DNA from: Promethearchaeota archaeon
Lineage (GTDB): Archaea > Asgardarchaeota > Lokiarchaeia > Sigyniarchaeales > SOKP01
NCBI GenBank assembly: GCA_016930515.1
Contig: JAFGGO010000116.1
Coordinates: 1-13,657 of the forward strand
Reading direction: 5' to 3'
DNA length: 13,657 nt
Numbering within the stretch: the stretch's first letter is position 1; each line of letters begins with the position of its first letter. The notes beneath the pieces were generated by a model. It ran no database searches. It saw only the letters and a list, made by a program, of their open reading frames with translations, and was not told where the DNA came from. Shown in pieces: positions 1 through 8,825 of the stretch. The translations under genes were made by a program, and so were the position numbers.

Positions 1-65
1 ATAGATAAAGCAAAATCTAAATTAAAAGTTCAATTATCATAGCGGTTATATATTATTATTTCTAG

Positions 66-374
66 ATGAAATTAGCAGAGGACAGCGAGGTACTTGTTTG
101 CTTTAAAAATCAAAACTCATTCAATAGATGGATTGAAAAAGTCGAAAGAGATGTTTTAAAGTACGAAGACAAGGAAGAATTTCTCGTAAACATGCTCAAG
201 TGTTTTGAAAAAATCCATTGGATACGGATCATCGCCGAAGAGACCCTCTCTTTTAAAATTGAGTTACTAGGGGAAGAATCCAAAATAAATTTCGAATACA
301 TGTTCAAATGTTTCTTAAAATATGCTAAAATTACAGAAAGTCATGGGGAATTTATGTTAAATAAAATTATTTAG
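66..374 (+). CDS. Hypothetical protein (102 aa)
   Basis: ATG-initiated ORF with ordinary globular composition, flanked by AT-rich intergenic DNA and convergent with the next gene. No motif recognised. Confidence 0.45.
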   Translation: MKLAEDSEVLVCFKNQNSFNRWIEKVERDVLKYEDKEEFLVNMLKCFEKIHWIRIIAEETLSFKIELLGEESKINFEYMFKCFLKYAKITESHGEFMLNKII

Positions 375-413
375 TATTAAAATATATCCTATCAATCAAT
401 AGAACATCATATC

Positions 414-923
414 TTAAAATTCTATTCCAAATCGGGCATTAATACCCTGAGAGATGTAATAATGCTTGATCATTTTCATTTCCGTAATGAGATCAACTTT
501 ATCTATAACTTCTTGAGGTACTTGCTTACCACCTGTTATGATCAGTTCTACTCTTTTTGGTTTTAAATCGATAATTTCGAGCAAGTCTTTTACATCTACG
601 ATACCCATTTCGATAGCAACTCCAATCTCGTCCAGAATGACCACATCGTATTCTTCACTCGAGATTATCTCTTTAGCGTGCTTGATTGCCTTTTCACCCT
701 CATAGAGATCAATGTCTCCTGGAGTTTTTACTAATTCAGGAGTACCAAACTGCCTGAGTTCGAAATTTGGATTTAATCCTATAGCCTTTACTTCTCCGTA
801 GTTGCTATTTCCTTTTAAAAATTGGATCATGTAAACTTTGAAACTATGACCAGCTGCTCGAAAACCCTGTCCAATAGCCGCAGTTGTTTTCCCCTTGCCT
901 CTTCCAAAATACCATTGAATCAA
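414..923 (-). CDS. cobO: ATP:corrinoid (cob(I)yrinic acid a,c-diamide) adenosyltransferase, CobO/BtuR/CobA family
   Basis: Family motifs GxGKGKTTAAxG (P-loop), QFLKG...YGE, YDVVILDE, ELIITG and DLITEM..IKHYY..G..AR.GIEF. The TTG at 923 probably truncates the N-terminus (see findings). Confidence 0.92.
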   Translation of the reverse strand: MIQWYFGRGKGKTTAAIGQGFRAAGHSFKVYMIQFLKGNSNYGEVKAIGLNPNFELRQFGTPELVKTPGDIDLYEGEKAIKHAKEIISSEEYDVVILDEIGVAIEMGIVDVKDLLEIIDLKPKRVELIITGGKQVPQEVIDKVDLITEMKMIKHYYISQGINARFGIEF

Positions 924-1005
924 GCCTTGCTGTAATCTTTGTCGTGTAATATTTAAATCCCTTATTTTGATATTATGTATTGTTTTAATGAGAATTTTAT
1001 AATGA

Positions 1006-1818
1006 TTATTTTAAAATTTTAAATGCTTCTTCTTTTTGCGATTCAATATAGTTTTTAATTAGTTCAAGCGTATCTTGGATGTTCTTTTTATTGTTAAAAG
1101 TAAAAATTATTTGATTTAATTCTTCGCTAGGCAATTTTCGTAGTTTGGTAGCCATTTCGATCATCGCGGGTAATGCCCTCACGATGTTGTCAACAATTGA
1201 AATATCTGCCCATAGGGCTGTTCGGCTGATTGGGTTGAGATCGACAGTTATAACTCTTTTACCTAATTTTTTTAAAGCTTCCGTGCGGTCTCCGTCTTCT
1301 AGTGGAACAAAAACAGTATCAGCTATTTTAATTCCATTTGGATCTACTAATCTTCGATTACTTCGCAGTTCTTCTATCTCAACCATAGTAGATTCGTCCG
1401 TACCCAAGATATTGGTTGCCCCTGCTTTTTTTAAGGCGTTTGTTATAGCCTCAATTCTACCTTCTTTACGGTAAAAAAGGTTAATTTCAAGAGGAGCGGA
1501 GATTATTGTTGATAATTTTACGAGCTCCTCGGGAACTAAAGCAGCAACATTTCCATTCACGCTTATAATTGGATGATCTGAAACTAACAAAAGTGCTACG
1601 GCAGCTTTAATGGCTTCAAGGGCTGTTTTATTTGTCTTTTCTCCCAAAATATAATCAAAACATTCGCCACGACCATGGGCAATGAGGCCTGCTTCCGCGA
1701 CGATTAGATTTTTCATTCCTTCTATAAGATCATGCCGATGTTTAAGGCTTTCGAATCGAGGATGGTCCTCGGGGACGTGACTGGGTTTATTTCCTTGCTT
1801 GCTCATTCTTGTCTCCAC
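1006..1818 (-). CDS. pps: Archaeal phosphopantothenate synthetase (4-phosphopantoate--beta-alanine ligase)
   Basis: Signature motifs P.DHPR.ESL, GLIAHGRGE.FDY.LGEKT, P.ISVNGN.AAL, VPLEDGDRTEAL, DLNP.SRT and IVDNIVRA. The ORF track starts at GTG 1818; the ATG at 1806 (MSKQ) is an equally plausible start. Confidence 0.93.
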   Translation of the reverse strand: METRMSKQGNKPSHVPEDHPRFESLKHRHDLIEGMKNLIVAEAGLIAHGRGECFDYILGEKTNKTALEAIKAAVALLLVSDHPIISVNGNVAALVPEELVKLSTIISAPLEINLFYRKEGRIEAITNALKKAGATNILGTDESTMVEIEELRSNRRLVDPNGIKIADTVFVPLEDGDRTEALKKLGKRVITVDLNPISRTALWADISIVDNIVRALPAMIEMATKLRKLPSEELNQIIFTFNNKKNIQDTLELIKNYIESQKEEAFKILK

Positions 1819-2367
1819 GAATCTTTATATCATAATAGGAAAAATGATCATATACATATTACTTTTACTAAGCTAAGATAATGCTTTTAAAAAAGACCGA
1901 TAAATTCGCTATTTGGTTCAAGAAAATGTTTTAATATTTAAAGAATTTTATTATTTTTTTTGGTTGTAACATTCCATTTAACTCACTTTCCCACCCATAG
2001 TGTTTGAACCAAAGCATATAGTAATCCCGCAGGGATTTTAAAATTCCTTGCAAAGTAGGTTTTATTTCTTTTTGTTTTTATTTAGAGCTTCCATTTTTTC
2101 AACTAGCCTGTAACTATAGTTTTAATATATTTTGTGGCATGTAAAAAAAGGGATTGTTATTGAGTTTTTCGTAGTTACCCATCGATTGAGACGATAGATC
2201 ATTATATATAAAATTATGAGTAAAGTAATTTTCTTCTAATAGCTTATAATCAAAAATTATTAATTTTCTTTCGAATTTCATTATTTGGTAAAAAAAAAGC
2301 CTGTAAATAAGATTAAACAATTTCTTTTTAGCAAAATATTTTATTCAAATAAGTTAAGAATGATCTT

Positions 2368-3546
2368 ATGAGAAACGAAGGAATGAAAAAGGAGGACATC
2401 TTAAATTTCCTTGATAAAAAATTAGACGGCGATTACGCTTACGATATGGGATATATATTGGGTTCAATGTGTACGGAACCCCTCGATTTTGGAAAAGAAG
2501 TATATACAAAATACTTGCATAAAAATTTAGGAGACCCAGGGCTTTTCAAGGCAACAGCAGACTTAGAAAACGAATTAATAGCCGATATCGGAGAATTATT
2601 AAACGGAAAGAACATCATCGGAACTTTTACGACAGGTGGTTCTGAAGCAAACATAGTTGCCATGCGCCTTGCGAGAAAATCTCGTCCCGAGATCAAGGAT
2701 CCTGAGATCGTGGTACCCGCTTCTGCACACATGTCCTTTGAAAAAGGAGCAGATCTAATGGGCGTAAAAGTTAGGAAAGCTAACTTGAAAGAAGATTTCG
2801 AATTAAACTTGGAACATTTCGAATCCCTAATTAATAAAAATACTTGCGGAATCGTAGGTATTGCCGGAACAACCTCGTTGGGATTGGTAGATCCTATTGT
2901 GAAGATGGCAAAAATCATAGATGATAAGGACATTTTTTTTCACGTTGACGCTGCGTTCGGCGGATTCGTTCTTCCCTTTTTAGAAAAGCTAGGTCACGAA
3001 ATATTACCTTGGGACTTCCGTGTAAAACAGGTCTGTTCTATCACTTCGGATCCGCATAAAATGGGCCTTGGAATCATTCCTTCTGGCGGATTTTTCGTCA
3101 GAGATGCTTCAATACTCGAGCATGCTGGATTTGAAATACCCTATCTCGCAGGCGGAGGATTCAAGCACTTGCATATTGTAGGAACTAGACCTGGAGGTAC
3201 GGTAATTGCGTTTTGGGCGATTATGAACTTCTTAGGAATAGAAGGATATAAAAAGATTGTAAAACAGTGCATGGATAACACATATTACTTAGCAAAACGT
3301 ATTTCAGAGATAAAAGGAGTTAAATTAGCAGCAGATCCCGTGATGAACGTTTTGGGAATTACAACGGAAAGCGGGAGAAGCGTTTGCGAGATGGATAATG
3401 AGTTCCGTAAGAAGCATTGGATGCTTGGAAAATTCATGGATTTGAATCTCATACGCGTGGTTATCATGCCTCATGTTACAAGAGAACATCTTTCTGACTT
3501 CTGTGTCGATCTAGAAAATATCGTAAAGAATTTAAAATTGACATAA
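2368..3546 (+). CDS. mfnA: MfnA-family group II PLP-dependent decarboxylase (L-tyrosine/L-aspartate decarboxylase)
   Basis: ILGSMCTEP, NLGDPGLF, TTGGSEAN, SAHMSFEK, HVDAAFGG, SITSDPHKMG (PLP lysine at 3058-3060), GTRPG and R.V.MPHV are all MfnA hallmarks. Length is 392 aa. Confidence 0.92.
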   Translation: MRNEGMKKEDILNFLDKKLDGDYAYDMGYILGSMCTEPLDFGKEVYTKYLHKNLGDPGLFKATADLENELIADIGELLNGKNIIGTFTTGGSEANIVAMRLARKSRPEIKDPEIVVPASAHMSFEKGADLMGVKVRKANLKEDFELNLEHFESLINKNTCGIVGIAGTTSLGLVDPIVKMAKIIDDKDIFFHVDAAFGGFVLPFLEKLGHEILPWDFRVKQVCSITSDPHKMGLGIIPSGGFFVRDASILEHAGFEIPYLAGGGFKHLHIVGTRPGGTVIAFWAIMNFLGIEGYKKIVKQCMDNTYYLAKRISEIKGVKLAADPVMNVLGITTESGRSVCEMDNEFRKKHWMLGKFMDLNLIRVVIMPHVTREHLSDFCVDLENIVKNLKLT

Positions 3547-3785
3547 AAAAAAGGTCCTTGGTTAAAAAACACTCTAATTCTATTTTAATGTCTAAATTCT
3601 CCTAATTATCTTTATTAGGTTAATTTTAAATAAGTTTTTACATTAAAAACTGTTACATTTCAAACCAATAATTCAATGTTATAATTTATTATCTTATAAT
3701 TATCAAACAAGATCTTTAAGGTAAATACTTAAACAAGAAATTAAATCATTAAATTTATCAAAAAGTTAGAAAAAATTAAATTATA

Positions 3786-6700
3786 GTGAAAAATCAGATG
3801 GGAGAAAATTTAGATTTAGACGACCTAAAAAGGCAGCTACGGGATCAATATAACAGGCGTAATCATGGTCTCACGATCGAATTAGCAAATAAAATACTCG
3901 AACAAGAGCCAGATTATTACGATGCCTTGGAATATAGGCTTGTCGCTACTTATGGATTAAAACAAGACGCTCCAGAGGCTGAAAAGGAACAATTAAGTCC
4001 AAGATATAAGGAGCTTGCCCTAGCAATGATAAAATACATGGAAGAAAAGGGCGATTTTACCAGAGATTCTCGCAAGCAATACACATATGTCGTAGCACGA
4101 AACAATTTAGGTTGGGAAGAAGTACTTCACGGTAAAACAGAAGAAGAGTGGGAAACGGGTTTGAAACACGTTGAAGTAGGATTGAAATACGACCAGCCGT
4201 CCTTTGCCTTGGATACAAAAATACGATTGCTTTTAAAATTAGAAAGAAATAGCGAGGCTTACGAAATAGCCCTTTCAATGCTAAGAAAAAACGAAAAGGA
4301 GAGAGACGTTCAGGACATAAAGTCAAACGCCGAATTCATCGAATGGGTTAAGAAGAAGCATCCCACTGATGTTTTAATCGTTGATAAGCACGAGGGCATG
4401 AACTTAAGAGATAAAGCTTTCCTGCAGGAGTTAGAATCACTTCTAAAAAAAACCTTAAAGGAGATTGAACCAGATAAAACGGGAAGGCAAGGATTTAGAA
4501 CCGTTAATGATAGAATAACTTCTCTTTTCTTGCGCGATTCCTACAATTTAGAGTCAATTCCAGAGAGTATAGGAAATTTGGATCACTTAAAAGAACTAGA
4601 AATAACATATAACGGTAATTTAAGGACATTACCTGAAAATCTAGGAAATTTGAAAAATCTCGAAGCACTAACGATAAAGAATTGCTACCTACTTAATAAT
4701 CTCCCAGAATCGCTTGGCAATTTAGAAAATCTGAGATGGTTTACGATAGATTACCTTAGAAGTGTGGAAACCTTACCAAACACGATTGGAAACCTGAAGA
4801 ACCTTGAAACCCTCTATATTAATCAAATTGGATCTAATTCTCTTCCAGAATCCATGGAAAGATTGAAAAAATTGTCCACCCTCAAGATTAAGAATTGTTC
4901 TTTCGAAAGCTTACCAGAAGGAATATGTGAATTATCTTCTTTAACCAATTTGGAAATAAAACACTGCAATTCCCTTCGCACGCTCCCCAAAAACATTGCG
5001 AAGCTTAAATCGTTAGAGATCCTAATTCTCGAAAATCTTTCTGGCATAGATTCGCTACCCGAGAGTTTTGGCGAATTAGAAAAATTGAGCAAATTAGAGA
5101 TGACGAAACTAAACGAGCTTCCCGTATTACCAGAATCTATTGGAGAATTACATTCGTTAGGGTTTTTAACCATTAATCGCTGTAGGGGCCTGAAAGATCT
5201 TCCTGAAAGCATCGGTAATCTCCCAAACCTTCGAGAATTTAGGCTAATAGAATGTAATGGTATTAGTACTATTCCAAACAATTTTTCAAAACTCCAAAAG
5301 CTTGAAACGATTGAAATTAATTCGCTTTCAGACGATTTTAAGGGATTCTCGGATAATTTTGGCAATTTAAAATCCCTTAATAAAGTTTCAATATCCAGTT
5401 GTAATGGTATCGAAAGCCTACCAGACACAATAGATAGTTTACATTACCTAAAAGATTTAGAGATTTCTTCTTGTCGCAAATTAAAAAACCTACCAAGAAG
5501 TATTGGTGGTATAACATCTCTTGTTAAGCTATCTCTATATGAATGTGATAATATTGAATTATTACCCGTTGAACTTACGGATCTTGCTTCCTTGGAAGAA
5601 ATACGCCTTGATAATTGTCAAAAATTATGTAAATTACCTGATTCTTTTACCAAGCTCCAAAATCTACGTAGAATATACATCAACAAGTGCCCAAGCTTAC
5701 AACTTATCCCTGACGAATTTGTGAATTTAAAATCAATAGAGGAAATAATTATTTTAAGATCGGGATTGAAAGCCCCGCCAGACAAGTTAAATTCTTTTAA
5801 GAACCTCAAAAAGCTAGAACTTTCGGGGAACATTTATTCTCCAGATAAAGACGAGAAGATGGAACTTATAAAAAAAAGGTGGAAAAAATACGAAAATCCC
5901 TGGAGGCGTTTTATCCTCTGGGGTTGGGACGAAAAAAATAATCCATCTTACATTATTCTTTATGGAAAGCACGATTTTATGGGGCTTGAAATTAATATTA
6001 ATGACAAAGAAATTGAGGATTTTGCTCAACTGAAAGTGCAATCTCTTCCGGAAGGAAAACGATTAGATATTAAACCAGGGGTCTATAATGTGCTTCAAGA
6101 CGATGTGAAGTACTCCTGCTACGCCGTTTTTCATGGTAAAAAAGGCCACTTACCTTCTTTCCAAGCTATAAAGGTCATTCAAAAAAGCCATTACGATTAT
6201 AAGACGCGATCATATTCTTACGATGACCCTGAAATGTATTTCAAAAAAGATATTTCATATCATTGGGGATGGAAGACGGATAAAAAAAAAATGTACAAGG
6301 AATTTAATAACCTCAAGGAATCGAAAAAAATCGTGCTCCCATATTTCGCACTCCTTTCTTACAAGCAACTTGTAAATAAGATTCATGAGCAGAAGTTCCA
6401 AATCAAGGGTTTCAGGATTGCAAGCTCTCTAAACGAGATACTGCAATTACCCAAAGATAAAGCAGAATACATCGAAATTATTGTAAAAACAATAAACCAC
6501 CAAAACATATACATAAGAAAAAAATACCTTTTCGAGCTGCTTTCAAAAGGACCTTCTAAAGATATATTGGCATCAATTATTAAAGTTGGTAGCTCAGAAC
6601 TCATTTCTGGGATATTTTTAGAGTTAGCTAAGCTCCAAAACCCCATTTTATTAAACGAGGCCCAGAACATTATCGACGGCTCGATTGAATGGACAGATGA

Positions 6701-8825
6701 AAGTTTCGCTCGTGGTGTTAAGAGATGCGCAACAATATATGTTAATTCCCTTGATTCAGAAAAAGTAAAACAGAGATCTAATTGGATTCTTAAGAATCTC
6801 CCAAACGCGGATCTTCATTTGAAAAAATTGAGAGGGGAAGAAATTCCTCCAGAAAAGCGATTAACGGGAGCTACTTATCGTAAATACGCACAGCAAGGTT
6901 ATTTGAATGACAATTATAAATATTACGATTACAATTCGAGAGATTATATATACGAAACTAATCGATACGATATAGGAGCATACTCCAACGGAATGATTTT
7001 AAATATAATCGAGTTTAAAAACACGATTCAAGAGGCAGAGATTTATCAGTTATCAAACATAATTGGCAAGATTGCTTATTATATTGATGCTCCTCGAATC
7101 GTTTATTATCTCAAGGGAAGCAAGAAAACCAAGGCTCTACGCTATTTCCAGAGTTACCTAAGGAGGATAATAAGTTCTATTGCAGATAAAGACGAATTAA
7201 AATTCATGGAAATAATGAAAGATTTTTTAACAAGCTTTAAACCCGAAGATTCTGTTAGCAAGTACGCTAATGATTTTTCCTCTAATACTCTCTTGAGATT
7301 TTTCATGTACCACGATTTTTCAGAAATTGGTCCAGATAGAAAAACAACGACTTGGGAGGAACGAGCGGAATATTATAGCGTGCCAAAAATGATGAGATTA
7401 ACGGGGCGTCGAGAATTTAAAAAGGAGATCTGGGACAGGCACTTAGATGTTGTTTTGGAAATCGTTTTAAACGCTCAGATAGACTCTATTAAGAAAGCTT
7501 GCTATTATATCTTAAAAGAAACATCAAACCTTCAAGAATTTGTCGATAAAATGTCCTTTAAACAAATCATCCAACTGGCTCTTGCGTCCTACGAACCGTT
7601 AGCAGGAATGTTCCTAAAAATTTTAAACGAAAAGATGGAAAAAATAGAAACCTTCGATCCCGAATTGATGCTCGCATTAATTGGATCTTCTGACGATCAA
7701 ATGCAACACCACGCCATGGATTTTTTCAACAGAACAAACGGATCTTTTGCACCAGAGACAGTCGCAGATTTTATCTTTTTAGACAACTTAGATCGTTGGT
7801 TTGAACTCTTTCAACAGAATTTAACGGCACTAAAGGGAGATAATTTTGCACAATTCCTTGAGAGCATTATCAATAAAATTCCAGAATTTATTGATAAAGA
7901 AATATCCATTTCACAGGAAACAAAAGATTTGTTATCAAATTCAACGCAGGAGATGGAATATTTATCGCCTTCGGTAAAAAAAGAGTTAATAACTGTTATA
8001 ATTGAAGTTATTTCAAAACAAAGAAGTATTCCTGATTGGACTATGAACTTACTTGAGGAGTGTATTTTTTCTATACCATATGAGGATTTAGATCTTGCGT
8101 TAAAAGGAATTGATATTGATTCTTTCAAGGGCGCATTTACTCAGAAAAGGATAATCTTTGCAATACTAAAGGCGATAAAAAACAATCAATTACCTTCGAA
8201 TCCTGATATCATTGATCTTTTAGATATTGGTACTGCTAAAATAATTAACACTTTTCTCACGATGGTGTCAAGGAACAAGGAAGAACTATCCAACCGTTTT
8301 TCGACTTTGCTTGTGATGTTCGAGTCGGAGGTTATATCGCTAAATCTTCACGCAGCCGATGTGTTTAATGAGTTGCCTCGTGAAAAACAAAAACGGTTGC
8401 ATTCAATGGTAATTGATTCTCCAGTTCATAGAGCCTATGAGTTTGGCCTTAAGAAGCTAGAAAGCGTTTATGGGGATTTAATTCCTGACGACATGATAAT
8501 TCAAATGCTAGAACACGGATCGAGCGAGGTAAAAGCCTATGTTTCCCGTAAAATTAACAATATAATCGAAAACTTAGGGAACGGCGATAAGAACCTTTTC
8601 ATGTATTATCTTCACACCTTATTATTACTACCAAACAAGCATGCAAAAAGTAAAAATAAGATTTACAATGTGTTACCCAAGTTTGCGTTGAAATATCAAG
8701 ATAAAATAAAGGAAATAGAACGAATGTTATTAGATATCGGCGGTTCTAATGTAATCGCCGATTCCGAGCGAGCGTTAGTGGCGCTTGCTAAAATAAAAAA
8801 GGAGGTACAAATAAATGCAAGTTAA
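3786..8825 (+). CDS. Large multidomain protein: N-terminal TPR-like helices, ~18 leucine-rich repeats and a ~990-aa C-terminal region ending in ARM/HEAT-like helical repeats; putative retron accessory/sensor
   Basis: aa ~1-190 are TPR-like (ANKILEQEPDYYDAL; NNLGW...ALDTKIRLLLKL). aa ~244-682 are LRRs. The region after M692 has a different, aromatic-rich character and then becomes Leu/Ile/Glu-rich amphipathic helices; the ARM/HEAT call is by eye only. Start is GTG 3786 or ATG 3798. Confidence 0.8.
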   Translation: MKNQMGENLDLDDLKRQLRDQYNRRNHGLTIELANKILEQEPDYYDALEYRLVATYGLKQDAPEAEKEQLSPRYKELALAMIKYMEEKGDFTRDSRKQYTYVVARNNLGWEEVLHGKTEEEWETGLKHVEVGLKYDQPSFALDTKIRLLLKLERNSEAYEIALSMLRKNEKERDVQDIKSNAEFIEWVKKKHPTDVLIVDKHEGMNLRDKAFLQELESLLKKTLKEIEPDKTGRQGFRTVNDRITSLFLRDSYNLESIPESIGNLDHLKELEITYNGNLRTLPENLGNLKNLEALTIKNCYLLNNLPESLGNLENLRWFTIDYLRSVETLPNTIGNLKNLETLYINQIGSNSLPESMERLKKLSTLKIKNCSFESLPEGICELSSLTNLEIKHCNSLRTLPKNIAKLKSLEILILENLSGIDSLPESFGELEKLSKLEMTKLNELPVLPESIGELHSLGFLTINRCRGLKDLPESIGNLPNLREFRLIECNGISTIPNNFSKLQKLETIEINSLSDDFKGFSDNFGNLKSLNKVSISSCNGIESLPDTIDSLHYLKDLEISSCRKLKNLPRSIGGITSLVKLSLYECDNIELLPVELTDLASLEEIRLDNCQKLCKLPDSFTKLQNLRRIYINKCPSLQLIPDEFVNLKSIEEIIILRSGLKAPPDKLNSFKNLKKLELSGNIYSPDKDEKMELIKKRWKKYENPWRRFILWGWDEKNNPSYIILYGKHDFMGLEININDKEIEDFAQLKVQSLPEGKRLDIKPGVYNVLQDDVKYSCYAVFHGKKGHLPSFQAIKVIQKSHYDYKTRSYSYDDPEMYFKKDISYHWGWKTDKKKMYKEFNNLKESKKIVLPYFALLSYKQLVNKIHEQKFQIKGFRIASSLNEILQLPKDKAEYIEIIVKTINHQNIYIRKKYLFELLSKGPSKDILASIIKVGSSELISGIFLELAKLQNPILLNEAQNIIDGSIEWTDESFARGVKRCATIYVNSLDSEKVKQRSNWILKNLPNADLHLKKLRGEEIPPEKRLTGATYRKYAQQGYLNDNYKYYDYNSRDYIYETNRYDIGAYSNGMILNIIEFKNTIQEAEIYQLSNIIGKIAYYIDAPRIVYYLKGSKKTKALRYFQSYLRRIISSIADKDELKFMEIMKDFLTSFKPEDSVSKYANDFSSNTLLRFFMYHDFSEIGPDRKTTTWEERAEYYSVPKMMRLTGRREFKKEIWDRHLDVVLEIVLNAQIDSIKKACYYILKETSNLQEFVDKMSFKQIIQLALASYEPLAGMFLKILNEKMEKIETFDPELMLALIGSSDDQMQHHAMDFFNRTNGSFAPETVADFIFLDNLDRWFELFQQNLTALKGDNFAQFLESIINKIPEFIDKEISISQETKDLLSNSTQEMEYLSPSVKKELITVIIEVISKQRSIPDWTMNLLEECIFSIPYEDLDLALKGIDIDSFKGAFTQKRIIFAILKAIKNNQLPSNPDIIDLLDIGTAKIINTFLTMVSRNKEELSNRFSTLLVMFESEVISLNLHAADVFNELPREKQKRLHSMVIDSPVHRAYEFGLKKLESVYGDLIPDDMIIQMLEHGSSEVKAYVSRKINNIIENLGNGDKNLFMYYLHTLLLLPNKHAKSKNKIYNVLPKFALKYQDKIKEIERMLLDIGGSNVIADSERALVALAKIKKEVQINAS
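4515..5831 (+). repeat. Protein-level leucine-rich repeat array, ~18-19 units of 23-25 aa
   Basis: Consensus LPxxIGxLxxLxxLxIxxCxxLxx. I counted 18 LP/IP-type anchors from IPES to PPDK. The DNA copies are diverged. Confidence 0.95.
8799..8806 (+). promoter_or_regulatory. Shine-Dalgarno-like site for the SWIM gene
   Basis: AAGGAGGT ends 8 nt before the ATG at 8815, inside the 3' end of the upstream gene. Confidence 0.6.

Noticed and set aside
1997-2022. Short matches to the copy 3 stem (ATAGTGTTTGA vs ATAGTGTCTGA; CATATAGT)
   Set aside because: Only 8-11 nt in AT-rich DNA, expected by chance, so not evidence of a target site.
2114-2320. 68-aa ORF in the pps-mfnA spacer
   Set aside because: Non-ATG start, low-complexity F/Y/N/I/K composition typical of AT-rich non-coding DNA, and no motif.
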